Part shown: positions 41,486 to 51,550 of the stretch, one piece after another
Position numbering within the stretch: position 1 is the first letter of the stretch
How the letters are laid out: every line of letters starts with the position of its first letter
Virus record (IMG/VR): IMGVR_UViG_3300017977_000066
Location: 90,897-154,896 of that record
Source of the DNA: a virus
Direction: 5' to 3' (one strand)
Length of the DNA: 64,000 nucleotides
Notes under the pieces: model-generated
Database searches by the model: none
What the model was told of the DNA's origin: nothing
Seen by the model: only the letters and a program-made list of their open reading frames with translations
Position numbers and translations under genes: made by a program

Positions 41486-41998
41486 ATGTCTAGGATAAGT
41501 GAGTATACACAAAATGAGATAGATAAGATAAACACCGATAGGAATGCTAATAGGACAGTTAAGTACTTCTTCACATCTGAAGACATAGTAAATATGAAGG
41601 GTTATATAAATGAAGATAATAATCCTAGTATAACTGGATTAGTACAATACTTCAATGCTAAGATAGAGTATAATAGAATAGCTGATATACTAGAACAGAT
41701 AATACTTAATGGTGTTAATATATTACCTAAAGTAGCATTTAAACCTATAACAGAAGCTTGTGCTGTAGTAGATGGTAAGTTTACACTAACTAATGCTCCT
41801 TATGAGATGGATGGCTTCTTCTTCTTGAACAATCTAGTAGTTATGAAGAATGAAGATGGTAGCTTTGATTTCTATATGGATGTAGTAGTAGATGCTGAAT
41901 CTAAGGTATGTACTATAAATACCGATAAGGATGGCATAGTCACTGTTTCTTATTTTATAATGAATACAGGTGCTACTAGTATATTTACTCCTAGCTAG
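41486..41998 (+). CDS. Putative virion protein; C-terminal beta domain resembles 42073..42891
   Basis: Shared ...PY...V.YF end motif. Confidence 0.65.
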   Translation: MSRISEYTQNEIDKINTDRNANRTVKYFFTSEDIVNMKGYINEDNNPSITGLVQYFNAKIEYNRIADILEQIILNGVNILPKVAFKPITEACAVVDGKFTLTNAPYEMDGFFFLNNLVVMKNEDGSFDFYMDVVVDAESKVCTINTDKDGIVTVSYFIMNTGATSIFTPS

Positions 41999-42072
41999 GC
42001 GTATAGTTTTTTATTCTATATTATGATATACTTTTTATGGTATACAAAAACTAAAATCGTAAAGGATTTAAA

Positions 42073-42891
42073 ATGGGTAGAATTATATTTAAAAAAGATG
42101 TTGATCAGGACATACTTATTGATGGGCTACAAAGTGGTAAGGTAGATCTTACTGCTTACAACTCTGCTATGAATGATGTGAGTAATCAGTTCACTACATT
42201 ACGTAATGACATGAATACTGGCGACACTGATGCTAGAGCTTATACTGATACTGTTAAACAAGCACTAATCGATAATGAGATTCAAGCTACTGTTGATGAT
42301 ATCGCGCTTATCAATGCCGATGCTCTTACAACTGGTTCTGTAGATAACAAAATCAAAACTGCTTTTGATTCTATTGTAAATGGTGCTCCAGAAGCATACG
42401 ATACATTACAAGAGCTATTGTCTCTTATCAATTCTGATAGTACAGATCTTAATGGCCTTATCACACAGCTTAATACTAAAGTAGACGACATCGTTGGTAC
42501 TGCGAGTGTTGATTGGGATACACTAGGAGAAATCGAAACTTCTACTAAAGCTATCCAAACTTCATTACAAAACCAAATTGATAGTCTTAACTCAGGTACT
42601 AGTGACCTTGGTAACTCTATCCCTGTTTACAAATATGACGATGAGTTAGCTATCGATAGTAGTAATAATATTATCGTATCTCTTGTACCATATGGTGATG
42701 TAATGTCTAGACGTGCTACCGTTTACTCTGTAGATGCTGCTACTGGTGACATCACTATCCAAGGTATTTATAGCATTACTGTAGATACTAACGATACTAC
42801 TGGTAAAACTTTACATGTTGAAACTACTGACGACCAAAGCTCTTATAAAGCTAGTGTCGAGTACTTCTACAGAGCTATCGATAACGCATAG
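42073..42891 (+). CDS. Putative fibre/decoration protein (trimeric coiled coil)
   Basis: IVNGAPEAYDTLQEL and IVGTASVDWDTLGEI repeats typical of phage fibre shafts; high-expression codons. Confidence 0.65.
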   Translation: MGRIIFKKDVDQDILIDGLQSGKVDLTAYNSAMNDVSNQFTTLRNDMNTGDTDARAYTDTVKQALIDNEIQATVDDIALINADALTTGSVDNKIKTAFDSIVNGAPEAYDTLQELLSLINSDSTDLNGLITQLNTKVDDIVGTASVDWDTLGEIETSTKAIQTSLQNQIDSLNSGTSDLGNSIPVYKYDDELAIDSSNNIIVSLVPYGDVMSRRATVYSVDAATGDITIQGIYSITVDTNDTTGKTLHVETTDDQSSYKASVEYFYRAIDNA

Positions 42892-43000
42892 TAACTGTTC
42901 AGGTATAAGTAAGTTATCAAAACTTCACATAGTGGTAGGTTATACCTACTACTATGTTACCATCTTACCGTCATCAGTGGGTTCATTTGCTTTTTAACTT

Positions 43001-43008
43001 TATATTAC
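43001..43008 (+). promoter_or_regulatory. Early promoter core TATATTAC
   Basis: tttttaacttTATATTACttatatGAGC. Confidence 0.75.
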
Positions 43009-43063
43009 TTATATGAGCCTAGGACTTCATTGTCTTAGCATTATTAAAGTAACAGGAGGTAAA

Positions 43064-43681
43064 GTGAGAGCTAATATAATAAGAGTACCTAACCCAGACA
43101 TGGCATATATGTTAACATCTGGGGCTCAGCAAACACAGCAAGCAGCGGAATACTTTAAACAAGGTTATGAAAGTTTCACTGACAGGATGTCGTCTCTTGG
43201 TCAGGATTTTGCTAATGGTGTAAGCAATATGTTTAACTACTATAACGATAGCAGTATTATACAGAGTACTAAAGAGTTATTAACTACATCTGGTCTTATA
43301 ACTGGTGAAGATGTTATCTATAGACTAGGTGATGATAGCATACATAATCCAGGGTATTTGATGCGAAGATATATTATGGCTGAACCTAGTATGTACGATA
43401 AGTATGCTAACAATCGTTGTAGTGGTTATGAAGATGAGTGGTTCAACCCTGAGCCTTATGAAAAAGTAGCTACTATGAGAGAGGATTATCTTAATGTAAC
43501 TGAAGGGTTAATACAGTATGATGAGGATGATCATTCTTATACTACATTTACTTCTACAGAAGATGGTAATAACTTAAGTGTTATAGATAGGTTCACTATA
43601 CAAGATGCTTGGGATATAGTAAGAGACAAGATGATACATAATATAGATCCATCAGATATGGAGATGGGTGAACTTGGTTGA
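43064..43681 (+). CDS. Conserved phiKZ-like hypothetical protein
   Basis: GTG start after AGGAGG; MRRYIMAEP...GY...DY..V.EG...DPS motif. Confidence 0.75.
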   Translation: MRANIIRVPNPDMAYMLTSGAQQTQQAAEYFKQGYESFTDRMSSLGQDFANGVSNMFNYYNDSSIIQSTKELLTTSGLITGEDVIYRLGDDSIHNPGYLMRRYIMAEPSMYDKYANNRCSGYEDEWFNPEPYEKVATMREDYLNVTEGLIQYDEDDHSYTTFTSTEDGNNLSVIDRFTIQDAWDIVRDKMIHNIDPSDMEMGELG

Positions 43682-43756
43682 TGAGTAGGGCATATTAGCC
43701 TTACCCATAACTTCTCACTCCTTTTTTTATTTGATAAAACAAATAAGGATACCAAT

Positions 43757-44674
43757 ATGATTATACTTTATATACCTAATATAGAGATACCAACTGACAT
43801 AGGTTATGTTCATACTCATACTGACTGGATGATAGCTACCTCTCCTCTATTCAGAGATGCCGATATAGTTAAACAATCTTTGTCTGATGATGTACACTTA
43901 ACCTCTATAACTATGGATGTAGATGTAGCCCCAGGAACTATGCTATATGCTAGAGCTAGGGTTATATGTAATATAGCTATCTTCGAGTGGTCTAACATAG
44001 ATGTTATTAATGTAGAAGATTTTGTTAATGTATCTTTCGAATATCCCATCCCATCTAAAGTTATTAAACCTTTACTAACATTAGACTTCGATAAGAGTAA
44101 CTTCCCTACAACTATGTTCACTATAGATACTGGTAACATGCATAGTACTGGTAATGCTGATCTTGTAGAGACTACTTATATCATAACTGATATAGATGGC
44201 ACACCATATTACTTCGATGCTACTAGAGATAATGTTACTAAGAAACTAGTTAATGAAGTAGTGTTACCAGAAGATAAACTCTATATCATATCTGCTGCAT
44301 TTAAGAGTAGTAGTAATGATGTTAGTACCATGGCTAGTGAACTTGTATATGTTAAGCCTGTGCCTGGTGTAAACATCAGGACTACTATAGATAACATAGA
44401 TACATCTGTAGATGTTCCATTAGCTATCGATGACATTAATGCTTTTAAATCTATGGAAGTAGTTATTTATGGTGCTGGTGTTGATGTTAAAGAGGAGTTA
44501 TTCCGTACTACACAAGAGTCCATGTCTATAGTAGTACCTAAAGAAACATTCACTGATTATATGTCTTCTGTTATCATGATAGGTATAGAAGTTACTTATA
44601 GTGATGATACTAAGTCTGGTATGAAATATTACCCAGCTACCATACTTATAGATCTTAATAATACCCCATCTTAA
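43757..44674 (+). CDS. Virion protein with FN3/Ig-like repeats
   Basis: HTHTDWMIATSPLF...LYARAR...EWS; paralogous to 62159..62905. Confidence 0.65.
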   Translation: MIILYIPNIEIPTDIGYVHTHTDWMIATSPLFRDADIVKQSLSDDVHLTSITMDVDVAPGTMLYARARVICNIAIFEWSNIDVINVEDFVNVSFEYPIPSKVIKPLLTLDFDKSNFPTTMFTIDTGNMHSTGNADLVETTYIITDIDGTPYYFDATRDNVTKKLVNEVVLPEDKLYIISAAFKSSSNDVSTMASELVYVKPVPGVNIRTTIDNIDTSVDVPLAIDDINAFKSMEVVIYGAGVDVKEELFRTTQESMSIVVPKETFTDYMSSVIMIGIEVTYSDDTKSGMKYYPATILIDLNNTPS

Positions 44675-44799
44675 GTGTCCAACTGTAACTCTTAAGACTA
44701 GTAAAACAAAAGCATGCTAAGGGCTTCCTTAGTATGTTCTTTATTTTTTTACACCTTGGTAAAATATTGAAATTATAAAAAAACAAAAAGGATTAGTCT

Positions 44800-46287
44800 A
44801 TGCACATAGAAACTCTTATAAAGTTATTAATATTACTTTTATCCGAGTATAAAGTTTCAGGAAGATTAGACTCCGTAGCACTAGCTAAGAAAGTTCTAGA
44901 AGAAACTACTATTAATAAGAAAGCCAAAGTATTCAACGATGATACTGAACTCATAGTTAAGCTAAGAGAACTTATAACTAGTATCATAGAGGAGCAGATA
45001 ACTCCTAATGAAGAACTACTACTTAGTATAGAACTCATGCTTACTGATAAGCCCATGCTTACTAAAGTCATAAGCAAGTATGTAGATAGAAGGGATCAGA
45101 ACAGAGTCATCAGTAATCTACTAGTAGAACTTAATGCTAAAGTTAAGCAGATGGGTGCTAAGAGATTACTTCAGAAAGCATTAGCATTAGTAGCCAGTAA
45201 TAACACAGATACTGATACAGTATTAGAGTCGCTTATAGATAACCTTACTGATGTTAAGACTATGAGGGATATAACTAATCCTGCTATAGTGGATAAGATA
45301 GACTTCAGTGATGAGAATAGCATCAAAGATGCTGCTGATAGAGCGGCTCAGTTAGTCACTGGTGGTGATGCTCTACAAACAGGATGGGCTTGTCTTAACA
45401 AGATGACTCAAGGTGGATTCAGAAGAGGAGAGACAGTTTGTGTTGGTGCATTACCACATAACTATAAATCTAGTTTTACTAAATCTGTTTTCATGCAAAT
45501 AGCTACTCTTAATAAGCCAGTACCTGATAATGTTAATAAGATACCTACATTACTATTAATAAGCTTAGAGGAAGAGGTTGATAATATCATGTCTTTTTTC
45601 TATCTGTATCTTAAGCATACTGTAAATGGTATTACTTTTAACAATAAAGAACAAAAGAACTTAGACCCAGTAGACATGAGGAACTATGTTACAGAGCACC
45701 TAGCTAAGGCTAGTGGTTATCATATAGAAGTTCTTAGATTCAAACCCGAGATGCTTACTTATAGCGTTCTATTTAATGCTGTAGATATGCTAGAGAAACA
45801 AAACTATGAGATCCATGGTTTATTCCTAGACTACGCTAAGAAGATGAATAGAGCTGGATGTAAATCTACTGGTCCTATGGGAACTGATCTCTTAGATCTA
45901 TTTAGTAGACTTCGTAATAGATTCTCTGCTAGTAATACATTGTTCTTTACTCCACACCAACTTAGTACTGGAGCTAAACAGCTATTAAGAAATGGTATGC
46001 CTCCACTAGAGTTTGTTAAAGCCATACAAGGTGGCGGTTACTATGCCGACTCTTCTCAGATAGACCAAGAGTTAGATCTTGAGTTGTTTATACATATAGT
46101 TAAAGTAGGTAGTGACTCATTCCTATCTATACAACGAGGTAAACATAGGATACCTACAGTTATCTCTACTGCTGATAAATATGCTTTGTTAGAGTTCGCT
46201 GATGAGTATAGTCCTATCAGAGGTGATAGTGAGAATTATAAAGCTTGTAAGAAAGAAGCTAAGAGTGATGATGAATTTGATTTTTAA
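44800..46287 (+). CDS. DnaB-like replicative helicase (phiKZ gp118-like)
   Basis: GGFRRGE, Walker A variant GALPHNYKS, SLEE, FLDY, TPHQLS, RGKHR. Confidence 0.9.
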   Translation: MHIETLIKLLILLLSEYKVSGRLDSVALAKKVLEETTINKKAKVFNDDTELIVKLRELITSIIEEQITPNEELLLSIELMLTDKPMLTKVISKYVDRRDQNRVISNLLVELNAKVKQMGAKRLLQKALALVASNNTDTDTVLESLIDNLTDVKTMRDITNPAIVDKIDFSDENSIKDAADRAAQLVTGGDALQTGWACLNKMTQGGFRRGETVCVGALPHNYKSSFTKSVFMQIATLNKPVPDNVNKIPTLLLISLEEEVDNIMSFFYLYLKHTVNGITFNNKEQKNLDPVDMRNYVTEHLAKASGYHIEVLRFKPEMLTYSVLFNAVDMLEKQNYEIHGLFLDYAKKMNRAGCKSTGPMGTDLLDLFSRLRNRFSASNTLFFTPHQLSTGAKQLLRNGMPPLEFVKAIQGGGYYADSSQIDQELDLELFIHIVKVGSDSFLSIQRGKHRIPTVISTADKYALLEFADEYSPIRGDSENYKACKKEAKSDDEFDF

Positions 46288-46364
46288 TAAGTTATAGGTT
46301 CTTTAGCCTATAACTTAGGTTATGACTTTTCTTTGAAATTATAACACAATAAAAAGGATCTAAA

Positions 46365-47108
46365 ATGTCAGAAAAAAACATTATAGTATTACCAGATACT
46401 ATAGAAAATAAGAAAGTAGACATCACTATCTGTTTAACAGTATTACTTAACCATGAGTATGACTTCTACAACATCAATGGTGGGTTAGAGTTAACAGATG
46501 ATGACAAGAACCATATAGAGTATCATCTAGATACATTAGCTATATATGTTAGTCCTAAGTATATAGAGCTTATTATCAATGATAGTTTAAGTCTTTATTA
46601 TAATACACTCGTAGTTGCATTGTTTAGTAGTGATGCTAGTGAGATAAAAATAGATAGAGAGGCCATGACTGCTAGAAATAAACAACTACTAGCTATCAGA
46701 GCTATAAAGAAAGTTTATAAAGACATGGTAGGTGACACTGATACACATGATGATTCTACATTACCTACTATAGTAAAGAACCTTATAAAGTCACCTATGA
46801 ATTTAAATACTATACATGAATCTGATAAGATAGTGATAGCATTTGTAGACATGGAAGGTCTGTTAGATACAGCTAGATTCCTTAATATTAAAATAGTCGA
46901 TATAGCTAATGGTATTAATGGTGATAAAAATGTACCCATTTTATTACTTGAACAAATAAGAATATTGAAAGGAACAGTAGAAGTATACCTTAGTACATTA
47001 GAAAAATGTAATCTTAACGTAAGAGTAAACGACAGATTCAGTGAACAATTTGCTAACTTAAACAATGTCTATCTCCATCTTTTAAATAAGATAACTAATG
47101 AGCAATAA
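46365..47108 (+). CDS. Hypothetical protein upstream of major capsid gene
   Basis: 247-aa ORF with SD AAAGGA. Confidence 0.7.
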   Translation: MSEKNIIVLPDTIENKKVDITICLTVLLNHEYDFYNINGGLELTDDDKNHIEYHLDTLAIYVSPKYIELIINDSLSLYYNTLVVALFSSDASEIKIDREAMTARNKQLLAIRAIKKVYKDMVGDTDTHDDSTLPTIVKNLIKSPMNLNTIHESDKIVIAFVDMEGLLDTARFLNIKIVDIANGINGDKNVPILLLEQIRILKGTVEVYLSTLEKCNLNVRVNDRFSEQFANLNNVYLHLLNKITNEQ

Positions 47109-47179
47109 CCAGGTCTTATAACGGACATAAATATATGTCGATTACAAAAAATAAAATAAAAGAAAATAAGGATTTTTTC

Positions 47180-49312
47180 ATGAATAGCATTAAAAATATC
47201 GTTGGATCATTAAAAGCACACTTAGCTGTAGATGATTCTTATAAAAACATCGTAGCTGGAATGGAGTCTAAAGACCCTATTCTTAACCAAAATGCATCTG
47301 AAAAAGCAGATACATTAGCATTATCAGTAAAAGCAGCATTTGATGATGTTGTAGTTGGTAATGAAGATGCTAGCGCTATGCAACTTACAGATGTACAAAT
47401 TCAAGCTGCAAAAGCTGTTGCTTCTTATGCAGTAGAGCCTGTTACTACACTTGAAAGATTTGCTGCTGGTAGAACTCCAGTTGAAGCTGGTGTTGAATCT
47501 ATCAATATCGATACTACTGCTTTCACAGGTGACGTTGTTACTTCTGAAGAGTTCAAAGCTGGTGTTGAAGCATTTGATGGTCAAGTACTTTCTAACTCGC
47601 TATACTTCTCTGTAGCTTACAATGCGTTAGCTATTAAACAAGATGCTGTAGTTGAACTTTTCTATCCTGTTATCGTTATCGACCCTAGCCAAAACGGTGC
47701 AACTGTTACAGCTAAGATCACTAACATCATGCAAGCTACTAAAAGAGATATCTCTGGTAGACCAACTAACTTCAAACGTGAATCTTTAATTAAAAAATTA
47801 AATGAAACTTCACTATTTACTTTAGATGCTAATAGATTATTCCCTGTTAAAAGAGATGAGTCTTTAGATAACCTTCTTGTAGTAACTGGTGTAGATGGTT
47901 TAGTTAAAAAACAAGAAGTACTTGATGGTGTCTCTATCGACACTGCTCCACTTTTAACTAACAAATCTATCGATATCCTTTCTATAGCTCAATCTGATGA
48001 ACTTATCTCTTTAGGTTACATGGATGAAACTGATGCTCTTAATGGTTCTGTAAATATCTCTAGTCTTTACTTTAAACTAACTGGTAAAGATAGTGCTGGT
48101 AATGATGTAACTGAATATATGGAAAAAACTCTTAAAGGTCTTCCTGCTACATTCACTTATACTCCAACTGGTTCTTCTAGAGAGTTACAACTAGACTATA
48201 AAACAACATCTATGGCTATGGTTGGTGGTAGTATCACTAAAGTGGACGGAACTCCAACAGCTATCGCTGATCTTGCTGACGTTCCTGCTGGTTATACTAT
48301 CAAACTTGCTGTTAATATCAAAGGTGATGGTAATACTCAAGATGGTACTCTCGCTGTATATCCTACTGTTCTTGAACTTAACAGTATCCTTAATGCAAGT
48401 GGTGTAGAACTTCCTGAAGATGATACTACATATATCGCTGTTAAAGCTATCATCGATGCTGCAAGTATCGAAGGTTATGATGCTGAAGCATATGCTGCTA
48501 ATACGAATGCTAGATTCCGTGGTAAACTTTTAACTAACAACACTTACACTTATGCGTATACTGTTCCAGTTAGAACTAAAATTAGAGAAATTGTTTCTAC
48601 TGTAAATGCTGGTGCTGAAGCTGATGCATCTGGTATCCTTGCACAAGTAGATTTTACTAAGCGTGCTATGGGTAAACTAGGTCTTACTGAACTTAACAAT
48701 ACTGCTGCTGTTCTAGATACTGTTAGTGGCGACACTGATGATTTCGGTATCAGTACTAAACTTGTTAACAAGTATCTTTACAAAGGTGTTATTGATTTCA
48801 GTACTGGTATTAACAGTATTAAGTCTTCTGAGCGTGAAGATGATATCGCTGGTTCTTTAAGATTAACTCTTAGAAATGCTGCTATCTCTATGTATAACGA
48901 CTCTAACTACGCTTATGCGTTTGATGCTGTATATCCTGGTGTTAAACCAACAGTTATCATCGGTACTGATTATAACACTGCTAGATTCTTAACTAGCTTC
49001 GAGGATGAGATCTTTAACTATGTTGTTAAAGCTAGTAATGATAGTCTTATCCAAGGTAAACTATTTATGTCTTTTGGTGTTATGGGTGCTACTAGAAATA
49101 AAGAAGCTAACATGCTTAACTTTGGTGTGTGTTTCTGGTCTCCTGAAGTTGTTGTGTCTCTACAAAGAAATGAAAATGGACGTGTAGCACAAGAAACTAT
49201 CACATTACCAAGATTTAAACACCAAACTTTTATGCCTATACTATCTGTATTTGAAGTATCTGGTATCGAAGCTGCAAGTGGTAAACAAGCTATCGATTTT
49301 AACCAAATCTAA
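47180..49312 (+). CDS. Major capsid protein (phiKZ gp120-like)
   Basis: AGVE|AFDG maturation-like site, QDAVVELFYP, NxRFRG, LNFG, LPRFKH..MPIL motifs; strongest high-expression codon bias; SD before ATG 47180. Confidence 0.9.
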   Translation: MNSIKNIVGSLKAHLAVDDSYKNIVAGMESKDPILNQNASEKADTLALSVKAAFDDVVVGNEDASAMQLTDVQIQAAKAVASYAVEPVTTLERFAAGRTPVEAGVESINIDTTAFTGDVVTSEEFKAGVEAFDGQVLSNSLYFSVAYNALAIKQDAVVELFYPVIVIDPSQNGATVTAKITNIMQATKRDISGRPTNFKRESLIKKLNETSLFTLDANRLFPVKRDESLDNLLVVTGVDGLVKKQEVLDGVSIDTAPLLTNKSIDILSIAQSDELISLGYMDETDALNGSVNISSLYFKLTGKDSAGNDVTEYMEKTLKGLPATFTYTPTGSSRELQLDYKTTSMAMVGGSITKVDGTPTAIADLADVPAGYTIKLAVNIKGDGNTQDGTLAVYPTVLELNSILNASGVELPEDDTTYIAVKAIIDAASIEGYDAEAYAANTNARFRGKLLTNNTYTYAYTVPVRTKIREIVSTVNAGAEADASGILAQVDFTKRAMGKLGLTELNNTAAVLDTVSGDTDDFGISTKLVNKYLYKGVIDFSTGINSIKSSEREDDIAGSLRLTLRNAAISMYNDSNYAYAFDAVYPGVKPTVIIGTDYNTARFLTSFEDEIFNYVVKASNDSLIQGKLFMSFGVMGATRNKEANMLNFGVCFWSPEVVVSLQRNENGRVAQETITLPRFKHQTFMPILSVFEVSGIEAASGKQAIDFNQI

Positions 49313-49417
49313 TCGCTTAACTAGCTTACTATAGTCTAGCCTTATGGTTAGGCTATAGATAGCTTTTTTAACTTACTATTATTAAATGAAACTAAATTTT
49401 AACATAAAGGAAATACC

Positions 49418-50008
49418 ATGGCAAAACGTCGTGCTAAAGTAGAAGATACTACACCTAAAGAAAATGAGCAAGTTGCTCCTGAGGTAAAAGAAGAAGTCCC
49501 TGAAGTTGCTCCTGAGGTAAAAGAAGAAGTTAAAGCTCCTGTTACTAAAGTTGTTAGCTTAGAAGATCTCATAGCTAGTGCTAAAGAAGATGCTGAACTT
49601 AAAGCTGTTGCTAATAGTATAGAAAGATATATCAAAGTTGTATATGGTACACATGCTTCTAATGGTGACATGGTTGCTAATATGTCTCATGAGCTATTTG
49701 TTACTATCAACAATGTTATGAGTATAGCTGACTATAAAACATTTAAAAAACAATTTGATTTTATTAACAAGTTGTTCCTATTAGGTACTAATGGTAAATT
49801 CTCACCAGTAGCTTTATCTAGATATGACTTCAACTGGGGTTTTGGTACTGATAAGAGACATAAGTACATTCAACTAGTAGAGTTCTTATCTTCTATGGCA
49901 AACGTTAACAAACGCAAGTCTACAATAGCTAGAATTAATGTAGATGCTATAACTAACATGCTTCCTAAAGATGCTGTTAAAAATGTAGTTAGATATTACA
50001 ACATGTAA
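49418..50008 (+). CDS. Hypothetical protein with E/K/P/V-rich N-terminal repeat (phiKZ gp121-like position)
   Basis: 196 aa; high-expression codons. Confidence 0.7.
   Translation: MAKRRAKVEDTTPKENEQVAPEVKEEVPEVAPEVKEEVKAPVTKVVSLEDLIASAKEDAELKAVANSIERYIKVVYGTHASNGDMVANMSHELFVTINNVMSIADYKTFKKQFDFINKLFLLGTNGKFSPVALSRYDFNWGFGTDKRHKYIQLVEFLSSMANVNKRKSTIARINVDAITNMLPKDAVKNVVRYYNM
49470..49530 (+). repeat. 28-bp direct repeat, period 33 (VAPEVKEEV x2)
   Basis: aagttgctcctgaggtaaaagaagaagt at 49470 and 49503. Confidence 0.9.
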
Positions 50009-50017
50009 TGAAACTTA

Positions 50018-50047
50018 GAGTATATGTAGGTTAACCTACATATACTC
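50018..50047. terminator. Perfect 30-bp palindrome
   Basis: gagtatatgtaggttaacctacatatactc. Confidence 0.7.
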
Positions 50048-50063
50048 ATACTTTTTTCACTTT

Positions 50064-50071
50064 TATATTAC
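50064..50071 (+). promoter_or_regulatory. Early promoter core TATATTAC
   Basis: ttttttcacttTTATATTACttatatGG. Confidence 0.75.
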
Positions 50072-50113
50072 TTATATGGTCTAGAGCTAATAATAAGTAA
50101 TGTAGGAGTCTTT

Positions 50114-51145
50114 ATGTTAAAGGTATTGAAGAAAGAAGAAGGTACTGGAGTACTAATAGAAGAGGAGAAGTTCGACGATAAGATTTTTTCTAGTGACGGT
50201 ATAAGATTTAGTAACAATATAGACGATGATCCTGGGTATAAGAGACCAGCCATCAAGACTTGGATATACAAGAACATAACAGATGTAGAGAGTAAAGATG
50301 ATTATTGGGTAGACAATGGAGGCATGCCATTACCAGCTGAGTATAAGGATAGCTTAAACTCTTTGAATGGTGGTGGTAAGAAAGGGGTTTATATCATAAA
50401 CTCCTATAGCATACCATTAAGTAACATAAAGGTTCTAGAGTTCCTAGTTCCTGTAATAAGAGGTAAGCTCTCGTTCCTCTCACATGAGGTTAGAGAGAGC
50501 ATAGTACATAAGATAAGAACCAGACTCACAGAGTATAATTCTGGGGGAGACTTTAAATTTAGAATAGTTACTTATATAAGTAAAGAGCTCTATGATAAGT
50601 ATGATGTTATCTCACTTGGTAATGTCAGAACTTCTAAGAGTTTAGATGACCTGTACGATCAGAGACTAACTACTACTATAGATAAAAATATAACTTCTGA
50701 GGAGTTAACTGCTAGTAGTATAGCTGTAGTCATGGAGTATGCACACCCTACTGAAGGTGTTATAGAACTAGATATATGTGGGAGTAGCATGAAGCTAAAC
50801 TCTACACAAACCATAGGGGAGCCTAGTCTTAATGTTAGCACATATAGCTATGATAAGATAGGTAATGCGAGAAAAATAGCTGGTACCAATATAACTGGTA
50901 CTGAGCTTGATAACATAAAGATGTTCCATGAAGATAATAAGGAACTTACTACTAAGATAATAGACCATGAGAACTCAATGATGAACGCAGTTGCAGACCT
51001 TGTTAAAGTAGCAACTGAAAATGATATCAGCATGCATAAATTATTAGCACAGGAAGGTAAGAGTTTAGCAGCTGCATATGGAGTAGATAAAGATCAGATG
51101 TCATTAGCTAAAGAAGGCATCAAACTTGTAGGAGGATTTCTATAG
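50114..51145 (+). CDS. Hypothetical early protein (phiKZ gp122-like position)
   Basis: 343-aa ORF with SD AGGAG. Confidence 0.7.
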   Translation: MLKVLKKEEGTGVLIEEEKFDDKIFSSDGIRFSNNIDDDPGYKRPAIKTWIYKNITDVESKDDYWVDNGGMPLPAEYKDSLNSLNGGGKKGVYIINSYSIPLSNIKVLEFLVPVIRGKLSFLSHEVRESIVHKIRTRLTEYNSGGDFKFRIVTYISKELYDKYDVISLGNVRTSKSLDDLYDQRLTTTIDKNITSEELTASSIAVVMEYAHPTEGVIELDICGSSMKLNSTQTIGEPSLNVSTYSYDKIGNARKIAGTNITGTELDNIKMFHEDNKELTTKIIDHENSMMNAVADLVKVATENDISMHKLLAQEGKSLAAAYGVDKDQMSLAKEGIKLVGGFL

Positions 51146-51170
51146 CCTCCTTATTACTTAAGGAATAAAA

Positions 51171-51449
51171 ATGTACGATGAAGGGACGGTAGTGAAGAAG
51201 ACATTAGTAAGATTAGGGGAGCTTAATACTGAGCTTAATGTAACACTTAAGCTAGTTAAGAGAGAAACTAAATTAAATACTTTTATAGTAAGGTGTAATG
51301 AATATCCTACATATGAGTATATAGTAGCTTATGAGAAGAAGAACCCTTTCTATAGCAATAACTTATTAGTATCAGATATAGAAGATGATCATACTTTAAG
51401 TAAACTAAAGAATGATTTAAGTAATTTCATACTAGCTAGTATAGACTAG
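51171..51449 (+). CDS. Hypothetical protein
   Basis: 92-aa ORF with SD AAGGA. Confidence 0.65.
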   Translation: MYDEGTVVKKTLVRLGELNTELNVTLKLVKRETKLNTFIVRCNEYPTYEYIVAYEKKNPFYSNNLLVSDIEDDHTLSKLKNDLSNFILASID

Positions 51450-51486
51450 TTAGTATATATAATTTTTTTCATTTATTTTTTACTTG

Positions 51487-51494
51487 TATATTAC
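51487..51494 (+). promoter_or_regulatory. Early promoter core TATATTAC
   Basis: ttttttacttgTATATTACtaatatGAGC, identical core region to the 25575 copy. Confidence 0.75.
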
Positions 51495-51550
51495 TAATAT
51501 GAGCTTAAGACTTCGCTATCTTAGCTATATTAAAAAAACAGGAGTAATAT

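Noticed and set aside
47100-47180. Hairpin and ACGGA (CsrA-like site) in the capsid leader
   Set aside because: A single short motif in AT-rich DNA cannot be distinguished from chance
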